A DNA stretch of 40,726 nucleotides from the UHGV virus genome UHGV-0389734, one strand, 5' to 3'. This DNA is from a virus. Shown piece by piece: positions 18,611-26,849 of this stretch (position 1 is the stretch's first letter; each line of letters begins with the position of its first letter). Both the position numbers and the translations under genes were made by a program. The notes under the pieces are model-generated. The model ran no database searches. It had not been told where the DNA came from and saw only the letters and a list, made by a program, of their open reading frames with translations.

Positions 18611-18782
18611 TCCCTTTCGTATCTACTCCCCATTTTCTCAAGCAGTCCTCCACAGAGTATGCCTTTCTTTTCATCCATTTCTTGGCGTTCTCTGTCGGCT
18701 CATGCTTAGCCATATCATGTGCATCTATCTTTCGGATGACTCCTGCTGTCTCCTTTCTGCGCTTCATAGTCTCTCTTGTCAT
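18573..18782 (-). CDS. hypothetical protein, 69 aa
   Basis: ORF in the early-gene block; overlaps the downstream gene by 38 nt. Confidence 0.3.
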   Translation of the reverse strand: MTRETMKRRKETAGVIRKIDAHDMAKHEPTENAKKWMKRKAYSVEDCLRKWGVDTKGSVSSGQENFKKV

Positions 18783-18784
18783 TC

Positions 18785-19381
18785 CTACACCACCTCAATT
18801 TCCTCTCCGGTCAGCTCTTCCAACTTCTTCCGCATTTCTTCCACGGTCATTTTCTTCGATTCGGTGCGTTCCCAAATGAGTTCAAGGTTGCTTTTAATAA
18901 ACACATCTTCTATGTGTCTGAGTGATTCCGGAGTAATCCTATAGACTTTAACGATATCTCCTTCTGTATAACCTTTACATTTCAAGTCATCGGCATAACA
19001 GTTCATTTCATTGTATCCACATTTCCTCACTACCTCCTCAGCCAATACAAGATACATGTTGCCATCTCTTTGTTCAACTACCATCCCATCTTCCAAATCT
19101 GCCTTGGTAAATTCTTTGTCCATGTAATCGCTCCATTCTAAAATTTTGTATTCGCGTTCTTTGTAGAAGTCGTAACTTGCGAACTCACCATGTCCTGTAT
19201 AGCATGTTTCACTGAGATGTTTTCCATATTCTGTACATTCTAAATAACTATCTCCATCTCTCCACTTCATCCCATGCTCATGCATTCTCTCGCAAAAATC
19301 TTTCGCTTCTTCCTCGGTCTTACAATGCACCGCAATCTTATTGTCTTTATTTTTAAATTCTTTCCAGTTAAATTTTTTCAT
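18785..19381 (-). CDS. hypothetical protein, 198 aa
   Basis: ORF with Cys/His-rich N-terminal part. Confidence 0.4.
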   Translation of the reverse strand: MKKFNWKEFKNKDNKIAVHCKTEEEAKDFCERMHEHGMKWRDGDSYLECTEYGKHLSETCYTGHGEFASYDFYKEREYKILEWSDYMDKEFTKADLEDGMVVEQRDGNMYLVLAEEVVRKCGYNEMNCYADDLKCKGYTEGDIVKVYRITPESLRHIEDVFIKSNLELIWERTESKKMTVEEMRKKLEELTGEEIEVV

Positions 19382-19393
19382 CTTCCTACCTCA

Positions 19394-19579
19394 CTATCTT
19401 TCGCACAATCCAATCCAAAAAAAAATTACAAGCAACAGTATCGGGAATCCCGCAGCCATCAGGTAATCCGCACCTTCTAGTTTTACATCCTCTTCCAATC
19501 CTGTCATTAAAGTAATCACGGTTCCCAGTACCAATATGTAGTAAAGGGTCAAAAATGCGATTGTGATTAAAATGTCCAT
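19394..19579 (-). CDS. small membrane protein, 61 aa
   Basis: Two hydrophobic helices. Confidence 0.35.
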   Translation of the reverse strand: MDILITIAFLTLYYILVLGTVITLMTGLEEDVKLEGADYLMAAGFPILLLVIFFWIGLCER

Positions 19580-19580
19580 G

Positions 19581-20036
19581 TTATTCCTCCTTGTATGGTT
19601 TTGGAAGTGGCTGCCATGCGAATATTACCCCATCATAAATCCCATAATCGTCATACCAAAGACCATATTCATCCTCTTTTTTAAATCTCATTCTCTTTAC
19701 CGGATATTCTTTATCGTCACACGTTACAAGATATATACCTTCTTTCTTAGGCATATTTTGTTCTGTGTAAGGGATCCAGTCATTGTCTTTCTTGCTGTCT
19801 TCATATCCTTTCTGATACCATTTTCTTCGGCTGTAATCTCCACAGTTTTGAACTTCATCCATGTGGGAACGAATCATATTTCTGCACCATACCAGCTCTT
19901 CATACCGACCTTGTATTCTTCCGGCTTCATAACACTCCTCGCCATCCAGAAAATCATCATCTTCATTGACTGGAATGTTTTTAACCATGTTCACACGTTC
20001 TTCAATTTCCTCTAAAATCTTCTCTAGTACGTTCAT
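19581..20036 (-). CDS. hypothetical protein, possibly DUF551-like, 151 aa
   Basis: C-terminal WIPYTEQNMPKKEGIYLVTCDD pattern resembles the phage DUF551 family. Confidence 0.35.
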   Translation of the reverse strand: MNVLEKILEEIEERVNMVKNIPVNEDDDFLDGEECYEAGRIQGRYEELVWCRNMIRSHMDEVQNCGDYSRRKWYQKGYEDSKKDNDWIPYTEQNMPKKEGIYLVTCDDKEYPVKRMRFKKEDEYGLWYDDYGIYDGVIFAWQPLPKPYKEE

Positions 20037-20221
20037 TCCACATTCTCCTTATCTGCATATTTCTCTACGACATCTATTGCACGGGTCATCCCATAAATAT
20101 AGCTTTCCAGTTCTTCTGCTGTTTTACTGGCTCCGTGTCTTTTCCTTTCTTCCTTCAAGGTTTCGTAGGCGTCATTTTTCATGGATTCGATTTCTTCCAC
20201 GATTTTCTCTAATTCGTTCAT
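20033..20221 (-). CDS. hypothetical protein, 62 aa
   Basis: Acidic helical small ORF translationally coupled to its neighbours. Confidence 0.3.
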   Translation of the reverse strand: MNELEKIVEEIESMKNDAYETLKEERKRHGASKTAEELESYIYGMTRAIDVVEKYADKENVE

Positions 20222-20224
20222 ACT

Positions 20225-20419
20225 TTATCTCTCGCTTTCCAGCGCTTCTTTCAGCACTCTTTCCACTTCTTCCGTTTCTTTTCCCCATGATTCCGCACAT
20301 CTTTTTACACCTTCCGCGTAAGCTGTAAGACTCATTACTAAGTGTTCTTCCGCACTTGCATTTGTCCAAGTTCTGCATTCTCCATTTTTGCGCAATATAG
20401 TTATCATTATTTTCATCAC
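20225..20419 (-). CDS. hypothetical protein, 64 aa
   Basis: Preferred over the overlapping alternative-frame ORF 20172..20378. Confidence 0.3.
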   Translation of the reverse strand: MMKIMITILRKNGECRTWTNASAEEHLVMSLTAYAEGVKRCAESWGKETEEVERVLKEALESER

Positions 20420-20631
20420 TCTACCTCCAACAATCCCGCTTCTATAAATACACCTTCTAATAACTCACTCATTTTATTAGTATCAACGGTAATCGGCTCA
20501 CGCGGAAACTCTTCCTGATTTCCACAGCACGCATACAATTTTGCAATTAAAATATCATATTTTTTCATCACTCCACCTCCAACAGTTCAAAATATTTTTC
20601 CAAATGCTCTTCTGAAATTTGGAATAATAAT

Positions 20632-20850
20632 TTACTTTTCCATCACTTCCTCAAACAGTTTCCTCGGGAGTATCTTGCCACAATCGATACACTGTTTCCT
20701 GCGTCCTGCATAATCTGTAACATCTTCTGTTCCTCCGATCGGTTCGCCGTCAAAATCAAACAGCAACGCCCTATGTACTCTTTCAATCTGGTAATACCCT
20801 CTGTTGGAACCACAAAACGGGCATTTCTTTAATTCTTCCATGTTACTCAC
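20632..20850 (-). CDS. zinc-ribbon protein, Lar-like (restriction alleviation family candidate), 72 aa
   Basis: N-terminal LKKCPFCGS plus C-terminal CIDCGK (four-Cys zinc ribbon). CPFCG near the N-terminus is characteristic of the Lar family. Confidence 0.4.
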   Translation of the reverse strand: MSNMEELKKCPFCGSNRGYYQIERVHRALLFDFDGEPIGGTEDVTDYAGRRKQCIDCGKILPRKLFEEVMEK

Positions 20851-21154
20851 TCCAATCTAATCTCTGTCCACAATGATTGCAGCAATCAGAATCCCAATGA
20901 CAAAACATTTCTATATCTGCCATATTTCCAAACAGTCTTTTGCATCTAGGACACGACGCTTGTCCATTCCAGTTTTCTACTTTCTTCGGCAACTGCTTTT
21001 CCAGTGCTTCGATTGCCACTAGAAATGCATCGACATAATTGTTATAATCACTTCTTTCTCTCGTTTTCTTCGGAAGTGAGCGCAATGTTGCATTGTACGC
21101 ATCTCGCATTTTGTGTATTCTTTCTATCGCTTCTCTAACTTTCTTCACATTCAT
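20843..21154 (-). CDS. Cys-rich zinc-finger protein, 103 aa
   Basis: CPRCKRLFG...CHWDSDCCNHCG. Confidence 0.35.
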   Translation of the reverse strand: MNVKKVREAIERIHKMRDAYNATLRSLPKKTRERSDYNNYVDAFLVAIEALEKQLPKKVENWNGQASCPRCKRLFGNMADIEMFCHWDSDCCNHCGQRLDWSE

Positions 21155-21329
21155 CTAATTTTCCTCCCGTTATTTCCAACCATAAACCACTCCCTCCATC
21201 TTTTTCGTAGAGAAAATCTGTCTCTATACAGCAGGATGCCAACTCATTCATTGTCCTCACGCAATCCTCTGCATCAGCGCATTTGATCGTGTCGCCTTTT
21301 CGCAAGCGTGTTTCTTTCACTTTTGGCAT
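21135..21329 (-). CDS. hypothetical protein, 64 aa
   Basis: Small ORF overlapping its neighbours. Confidence 0.3.
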   Translation of the reverse strand: MPKVKETRLRKGDTIKCADAEDCVRTMNELASCCIETDFLYEKDGGSGLWLEITGGKLDECEES

Positions 21330-21332
21330 TAG

Positions 21333-22217
21333 TCATTCCTCCGCAATAAAGTCTTCTATGCTCATTTGCCCTGGTATGTTTTCGTCTTCCATCCACCAGT
21401 TAAAAACTTCTTCTCCTGTTTTCCACGTATTCTCTTTTCCTCTCCTTGTTCTTTCTTGTAACATTCTTTCAAACGCATGTATGTATAATTTCTTGTATTC
21501 CGGGAAGTCTGCAAATTCTTTGTATCGTTTCTTTCCTGCCATCACGCAACCAATGCACCCCACACGATCATATCCGCACTGGTACAGCTCGCACGTCTCT
21601 ATTTTCTCGGAATTTATATATCCCCAGATATCACTATGCGTCCAATCTATGATAGGATTTACAATCATTTTTTTCTGCTGCATACATAGCTCACTCATCC
21701 GTCTTCGTGCATCGTTATCCTCCATCAGCATTATCTTCGTAAATTTTTCTTTCTCTTTTTGGGTTTGTCCGAGCTTTTCAAACTCTTCCCTTTTCAATCT
21801 GGAAGTACTTTCGTCCCATCTTACTCCGGTTGCGATATACCGGTTTGCACATCCAGTTTCTTTCAGCGTAGAGCAACAATATCTTACCATTCTTGTCGGC
21901 GGCATAAGCTTTTCGGGAATTAAGCTCCACATGCTAATCCGTTTTCCTTTATAGCGTGGTTTTTCTATTTCGCACTTAATTCCATGCAGTTCCAGTTCTC
22001 GGAATACCTCCCGAATATGCCGAACTGTCTGCGGCGCATCTGCCGTTGTATGGCTATTATGTACTTCAAATGGGATTCCGGATCGCTTAAAAATCTCTAA
22101 CATCACATCACTATCTTTTCCTCCGCTATACGTACAAACAAGCGGTCTACCATAGTGATGTAGACTCATTTCACTTGCCATTTTAATTCTTTCGATTGCT
22201 TTTTCCTCTTTATCCAT
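21333..22217 (-). CDS. PP-loop ATP-pyrophosphatase family protein (PAPS reductase-like / DndC-like fold), 294 aa
   Basis: SGGKDS PP-loop motif (VCTYSGGKDSDVMLE) and C-terminal Cys cluster CGYDRVGCIGC. Confidence 0.65.
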   Translation of the reverse strand: MDKEEKAIERIKMASEMSLHHYGRPLVCTYSGGKDSDVMLEIFKRSGIPFEVHNSHTTADAPQTVRHIREVFRELELHGIKCEIEKPRYKGKRISMWSLIPEKLMPPTRMVRYCCSTLKETGCANRYIATGVRWDESTSRLKREEFEKLGQTQKEKEKFTKIMLMEDNDARRRMSELCMQQKKMIVNPIIDWTHSDIWGYINSEKIETCELYQCGYDRVGCIGCVMAGKKRYKEFADFPEYKKLYIHAFERMLQERTRRGKENTWKTGEEVFNWWMEDENIPGQMSIEDFIAEE

Positions 22218-22292
22218 CTTCGCAGAAGCCCGGTATACCCTTGCCCCGGCCGGAGGCTGGCTCCTTTCTATTTTTCGCTTATTTTTTATAGT

Positions 22293-22781
22293 CTACTGTA
22301 AATACCTCCGCATTAATATCCGGTTTGGATTCGACATCGCCCTGTTGAGTCGGCAACTGGTCCGTACCCAGCCTTCGTGAAACTCCATGTAATTTGCAAT
22401 GTTGCCGAAGATATCCTTAACCGAAGTTTCTTGCTTCTTTGACTCAGGCAGCATATCATTGTCTTTTAAAAAGTTTTTAAACGTTTCAATACTCGCATCG
22501 ATCCCGCTTTCTTCTCTTATTGCTGCATAGATGTTCTGGATCGTAAGTCCGTATTCGATCATGTACTTAATTTCTCCCTTGTACGATTCGTATTGTTTTC
22601 TTTTATTTTCCATTTTTCTTAACCACATCCTCTCGTTTGCTATTACCCTCTTTTTCACTTCTTTTCCAGTAATATCCTCAAGTACTCTGCAGATATGCTC
22701 ATCCGTGCATCCGAGCTTTACCATCTCTTCGATCTGGAACTTGTAGGGATCCAGAAAGTGTACTGGTCTACTCATTTTCAA
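22293..22781 (-). CDS. hypothetical protein, 162 aa
   Basis: ORF with a possible helix-turn-helix near the N-terminus. Confidence 0.35.
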   Translation of the reverse strand: MKMSRPVHFLDPYKFQIEEMVKLGCTDEHICRVLEDITGKEVKKRVIANERMWLRKMENKRKQYESYKGEIKYMIEYGLTIQNIYAAIREESGIDASIETFKNFLKDNDMLPESKKQETSVKDIFGNIANYMEFHEGWVRTSCRLNRAMSNPNRILMRRYLQ

Positions 22782-22959
22782 CCTCTCTTTCCAGCCACTC
22801 TTTTTGGCTCTTGTACAAATTCAGGTATTTATCACGGTTTTCTTCGTACAGATCGTTTTCTAAATCCTCATCTATTCTTGTAAGTATCATCTTCACTGCG
22901 GAGATTTCTGGTGTATCCGTTTCTCCTGTTATGTTGTTCAAATGATCATTGTTCGTCAT
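22768..22959 (-). CDS. hypothetical acidic protein, 63 aa
   Basis: Small ORF; its start overlaps the stop of a small basic upstream ORF. Confidence 0.3.
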   Translation of the reverse strand: MTNNDHLNNITGETDTPEISAVKMILTRIDEDLENDLYEENRDKYLNLYKSQKEWLEREVENE

Positions 22960-23085
22960 TTCCCTCTCACCCTATTCTTTCTCTTCCGCTTTGTGCTGCC
23001 GCGCGTAAACGCATCCATATTTCCGTGTCTCAATCCGGTAGACTGTTTCCTATAGACTCTAAAACCGTATCTTTTTCTGTTCATG
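22957..23085 (-). CDS. small highly basic peptide (about 42 aa), absent from the ORF track
   Basis: My translation: MNRKRYGFRVYRKQSTGLRHGNMDAFTRGSTKRKRKNRVRGK. AGGAGG RBS. Confidence 0.3.
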
Positions 23086-23093
23086 TTTGCCTC

Positions 23094-23825
23094 CTAACTG
23101 AAACTTACTTCCGGCTCTTCCTCTGGACATATTTCTCCACCTGCTTCCATTTCGTTTATGATGATTTTCGTTCCCGCTCTTTGTAATCTCAGCAACAGCA
23201 TGTCAAATTCCCCAAGGTATCTCAACGACTTAATGTCTACACATCCCAAACTGTCAAGTGTATACTCTTTCTCAAAATCCCATTTCGATATCGGAATTTC
23301 CATATTCAACTTTTCATCGTGTTCGTTTTCGAAAATGATTACTGCCCTATGCAGGGAGCTCCAAGTAGATCTTTCACACTCTTCTATTAGCATCTCGCAA
23401 CTGACCGATTCGTAGTGTGGTCCATCGTCAAACTCCACTTCCAGACCAGTTGTACTGATCTTCTTTTCGCACATTGCAATCCATGCATCAAACAGATCCG
23501 TGACTTCCATTTCTTTTTCTTCCTGCTTGATTGATAATTCCTTAAAATTTTCCAGAATCTTTTTATTCTCAATGCAAGCATCGGAATTTACGATTTCTGT
23601 AAGCACCGTATCCAACTTTGGAAGGTATTCCGAAAAATCATACTTCTCTATGTACGGCACCATAACTTCGTCTATTTTTTTCTTCAGTGCACTTTCTACT
23701 TTTCCCCATCTAAACGCTGATTCTATTGCCGATTCTATCGATTCCTTAAATTTCTTTTTGAGTATTTCCTTTACTTCTTCCTCGGAGAGACACTCCTGTG
23801 CCATTTTTAATAATTCTTCTTTCAT
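23094..23825 (-). CDS. hypothetical protein, 243 aa (replication module)
   Basis: Acidic ORF downstream of the replisome organizer; no Walker motif. Confidence 0.4.
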   Translation of the reverse strand: MKEELLKMAQECLSEEEVKEILKKKFKESIESAIESAFRWGKVESALKKKIDEVMVPYIEKYDFSEYLPKLDTVLTEIVNSDACIENKKILENFKELSIKQEEKEMEVTDLFDAWIAMCEKKISTTGLEVEFDDGPHYESVSCEMLIEECERSTWSSLHRAVIIFENEHDEKLNMEIPISKWDFEKEYTLDSLGCVDIKSLRYLGEFDMLLLRLQRAGTKIIINEMEAGGEICPEEEPEVSFS

Positions 23826-23836
23826 TTTGCTCCTCC

Positions 23837-24634
23837 TTAATTCGAATTCAACAGCTGCTCTTCCAGAGAGTCCATGTCGTATCCTCTGCGTTCGAAGTTG
23901 TTTAAGTTTCTGCTTACTGGCGGTTTTGCCGTCCTCTCTGGTGGCTGATAATTTTTGTCGAGATAATCTTCATATCCGGTGTTAAAAAAGGTGCTGCCGT
24001 ATTGTGGTTTTCTCCATTCATTTTCTTTTAAATCTTCTTTGTATCGATTTATCGCTCTTTCAAACTGCTCGTAGCCAATATCAAGTAGCCTTTCCTTGCT
24101 CTTTTTACTTACCTGCCCTTTTCCTTTTTTCTCCGGATATTTTTTCCATAATCGCTCAAATAACTCTTCTATCTCTTTTTCTTTCTCTTTTCTCTTTACT
24201 CTATCTCTATTCTCTTTCTCTATCTCTTTCTCTGTGTTACACAATGTTACTGTATCGTTACAATGTAACGCTTTTCGCTCACGATGCGCTCTAACTCGTT
24301 GTGCGGAGTCACTTTCTGACCCTATTGATTCTTGCGTTTCCGTCATTAAATACTCATTATCATCACATAAAATCATAAGTCCTTGCGCAAGCAAAAATTG
24401 AATTGTAACGCCTACATTTTCCGGGTCTTCATCTATCTTCAGCGCCATTTCTTCTACAAAATTCTCTTCGATGCCATCAAAATATAACTTTCCATCATCT
24501 TCCAGACTGTAAAGCTGCATTTTCAGATATATGATCGTGTAAGTATCCCCGCCGGCTATTTTTCTGAGTTTTTTTATTTTTGGCTGACTAAAAAAGTTGT
24601 TTTTCAGTTTTAGCCAGTAATACTTTTTAGCCAT
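23837..24634 (-). CDS. phage replisome organizer (DnaD-like N-terminal domain), 265 aa
   Basis: N-terminus MAKKYYWLKLKNNFFSQPKIKKLRKIAGGDTYTIIYLKMQLYS is typical of the phage replisome organizer N-terminal domain. Internal repeats encode a low-complexity linker. Confidence 0.7.
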   Translation of the reverse strand: MAKKYYWLKLKNNFFSQPKIKKLRKIAGGDTYTIIYLKMQLYSLEDDGKLYFDGIEENFVEEMALKIDEDPENVGVTIQFLLAQGLMILCDDNEYLMTETQESIGSESDSAQRVRAHRERKALHCNDTVTLCNTEKEIEKENRDRVKRKEKEKEIEELFERLWKKYPEKKGKGQVSKKSKERLLDIGYEQFERAINRYKEDLKENEWRKPQYGSTFFNTGYEDYLDKNYQPPERTAKPPVSRNLNNFERRGYDMDSLEEQLLNSN

Positions 24635-24744
24635 AGTTCTTAGAGCCTTTCACTCCTTTCCTCCCGGGATTTCTCCCGGGATATGTATTCAGTGTAGTGT
24701 GACGTACCTGAACATGAACGGGTTACAATTTATAACAAGGCTCT

Positions 24745-25188
24745 CTACCTCATTACCTCTTCAATCCGGACAATGATTGACGGGATTCCACTTGTATACT
24801 CAAACTCATGCGTTGTATTCACGACATGAGCCGGATCATCATTAACAATCACATCGCATTTCTGCAATGCGTCCTCAATCACCTTGTCCGCAAAACTAAA
24901 AACATTCATTCTATCCCGTTTATTGCCTTTTTTCGGCTCTTTAAACATATAGTGCAGAATGATAGGCTTATCTGTTTTAAAACGCTTTAAACCAAGTCTG
25001 ACGGCGTTACAGGCTATCATCTGATACTGTTGCTTCATTCGATTTCCTGCTTTCGGGTTCTTCCCGATCTCATGTATGTAATCATTCAGACCCGGGAAAC
25101 AATGTCCTTTGTAAAATTTCCCTCTGATTTCAAAAATATGATTGTCCATATCGTTCCCTAAATTCCTCTCGTGTATGGTTCTGCTCAT
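24745..25188 (-). CDS. rusA: RusA-like Holliday junction resolvase, 147 aa
   Basis: NVFSFADKVIEDALQKCDVIVNDDPAHVV matches the RusA catalytic Asp region. The start may be the internal Met at 25149. Confidence 0.55.
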   Translation of the reverse strand: MSRTIHERNLGNDMDNHIFEIRGKFYKGHCFPGLNDYIHEIGKNPKAGNRMKQQYQMIACNAVRLGLKRFKTDKPIILHYMFKEPKKGNKRDRMNVFSFADKVIEDALQKCDVIVNDDPAHVVNTTHEFEYTSGIPSIIVRIEEVMR

Positions 25189-25408
25189 AGATTGCCTGCC
25201 CTACCATCTTCGACAGTGCCATGCTTACACCATCTCCATGTATCCTTTTGTGGCAATCACTACATACAGGCAGGAGCAGCTTGTCCTCCGTTCCTTTTTG
25301 CCTTCTTCCTTTTCCACAGATCAGGTGATGCCCCTCGATGTTGTATGGTTTCCCGCAGATCAAGCAAAACTCAACGTATTCCGTAACCACAGTGTCTGAC
25401 TTTTTCAT
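25130..25408 (-). CDS. HNH endonuclease, 92 aa
   Basis: CLICGKPYNIEGHHLICGKG...CSDCHKRIH (HNH with zinc-binding Cys pairs). Confidence 0.7.
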   Translation of the reverse strand: MKKSDTVVTEYVEFCLICGKPYNIEGHHLICGKGRRQKGTEDKLLLPVCSDCHKRIHGDGVSMALSKMVGQAIYEQNHTREEFRERYGQSYF

Positions 25409-26206
25409 CTATACCTCTCCTATCAAATTATCTGGCCAGATTGGTGCTTTTAGTATTTTGGTGTGCTTGCACCAGTCGCAAACTTCACAACGGATTGGAT
25501 CGATTTCTCCATTTTTCAGAGAGAGAATCTTTGACACATTCATCTCCATTCCAGACAAGCAATCATTCATCCATTCCTGCGGGATCTGGATAATCTCGAT
25601 ATCTGGCACTTTCTCCTTGCTGGCTGCTGCAATATAGAACGGCAGTCGCTCCCCTGTATTGATTCTCACGACCTCCTGATAGACAGCAGCCTGTATGTCA
25701 TAGCCCCAAAATCTCACAAAGTCCATCAGCCCCATGTCTTTCGCATAATGCGCTTCTCTAAGGGATTTCATTACTTTCAAATCAACGATACATTTACCGG
25801 GCAAATAGCTATCAAGCTTCACTTTCCATTTCGCTCCAAACAAATCAGCTGTAAAAATTTTCTGCTTCTCTCCACTCATAAACATCATGAATAAAGGGTC
25901 TCTTTCGATTCTATTTATGATTTCTTCTGCTTTTCGGTACTCTGCCTTTAACTCTCCTTTTTTTGTAAATATTTCTGGGTTATGAGCCTTAAACAAATCA
26001 AGCGTTCCCTCGAAATGAGAATCCACATAAGACCCAACCAGAAGTGCTGTTGTTTTCTCCATTTCCCAGTCACCATTCAACTTTGCAAGTGCCTGCTCCT
26101 CGCATCCAACACGCCCAATCGTTCCGCAAAAATCCTTATACTGCGAGACACTGAGATACTCCTGATTCGCTTCTTTACTGTAATAATTTTCCTGTGTTAA
26201 AATCAT
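25409..26206 (-). CDS. YqaJ-like PD-(D/E)XK recombination exonuclease, 265 aa
   Basis: Paired with the RecT gene. DLK..K core and lambda-exonuclease-like length. Confidence 0.6.
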   Translation of the reverse strand: MILTQENYYSKEANQEYLSVSQYKDFCGTIGRVGCEEQALAKLNGDWEMEKTTALLVGSYVDSHFEGTLDLFKAHNPEIFTKKGELKAEYRKAEEIINRIERDPLFMMFMSGEKQKIFTADLFGAKWKVKLDSYLPGKCIVDLKVMKSLREAHYAKDMGLMDFVRFWGYDIQAAVYQEVVRINTGERLPFYIAAASKEKVPDIEIIQIPQEWMNDCLSGMEMNVSKILSLKNGEIDPIRCEVCDWCKHTKILKAPIWPDNLIGEV

Positions 26207-26838
26207 TCAAATACCTCCTCTGCTTCTTGCACTGCAGCTTCAAAATCAAACGGGTTTTCCGCTACTCTTGTATCGCTTTTGGATATGTCCTCTGCTTCAC
26301 CCTCGACATAAACCCCCATAAGAGAATTTGGAGTATATACCCGAGCAAAGAACGCAGCCGCACGATATGCAAGCATCTGCTCCGGCATGGTTTTCCATTT
26401 ACTTCCTGTTTTTTCATACCATTCCTCTTTTTTAGCCATTTCGATCGTCACTGTAGTTCCTTTGATTTTCTCTCCACTATCTTTATATTCTGCTTCAATT
26501 CTGCATCCCCAATTATCTGTATGAGGTGTTCCATCGTACACCGGACGGACATTTTTAAATTCTGTATTCGCCCGGATCATACTCATACAAGCCTGTCCAC
26601 TCCATGTAGGCTTGCCTTTTACAACATACAGATTCTGCATGACCATCATAGGGGATACGCCCATTCGATTCGCCATATCTACTGCAATCGTGCAATCCAT
26701 CGGTTTGCCTTGGTAATTCTGTGGCACCAGCTGCGATGTAGCAAACATTTTTCCGATATCAAAAATCTTTTGAAAACTCTGGCTGTCCGCAAATGGACTC
26801 AATTCGTGTTTTTCCTCTTTTACAATCATTTCTTCCAT
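26203..26838 (-). CDS. recT: RecT-family single-strand annealing protein, 211 aa
   Basis: Resembles RecT, including a C-terminal EQMLAYRAAAFFARVY segment. Start overlaps the exonuclease gene by 4 nt. Confidence 0.6.
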   Translation of the reverse strand: MEEMIVKEEKHELSPFADSQSFQKIFDIGKMFATSQLVPQNYQGKPMDCTIAVDMANRMGVSPMMVMQNLYVVKGKPTWSGQACMSMIRANTEFKNVRPVYDGTPHTDNWGCRIEAEYKDSGEKIKGTTVTIEMAKKEEWYEKTGSKWKTMPEQMLAYRAAAFFARVYTPNSLMGVYVEGEAEDISKSDTRVAENPFDFEAAVQEAEEVFE

Positions 26839-26849
26839 ATCGATTCTCC

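Noticed and set aside
20172-20378. Alternative-frame 68-aa ORF overlapping 20225-20419
   Set aside because: Arg/Gly/Lys-rich low-complexity product entirely overlapping a more protein-like ORF in another frame.
24160-24250. CT-rich short tandem repeats considered as a CRISPR array
   Set aside because: Units are about 10 bp, degenerate, contiguous without spacers, and inside a coding region. Read instead as an iteron or low-complexity linker.
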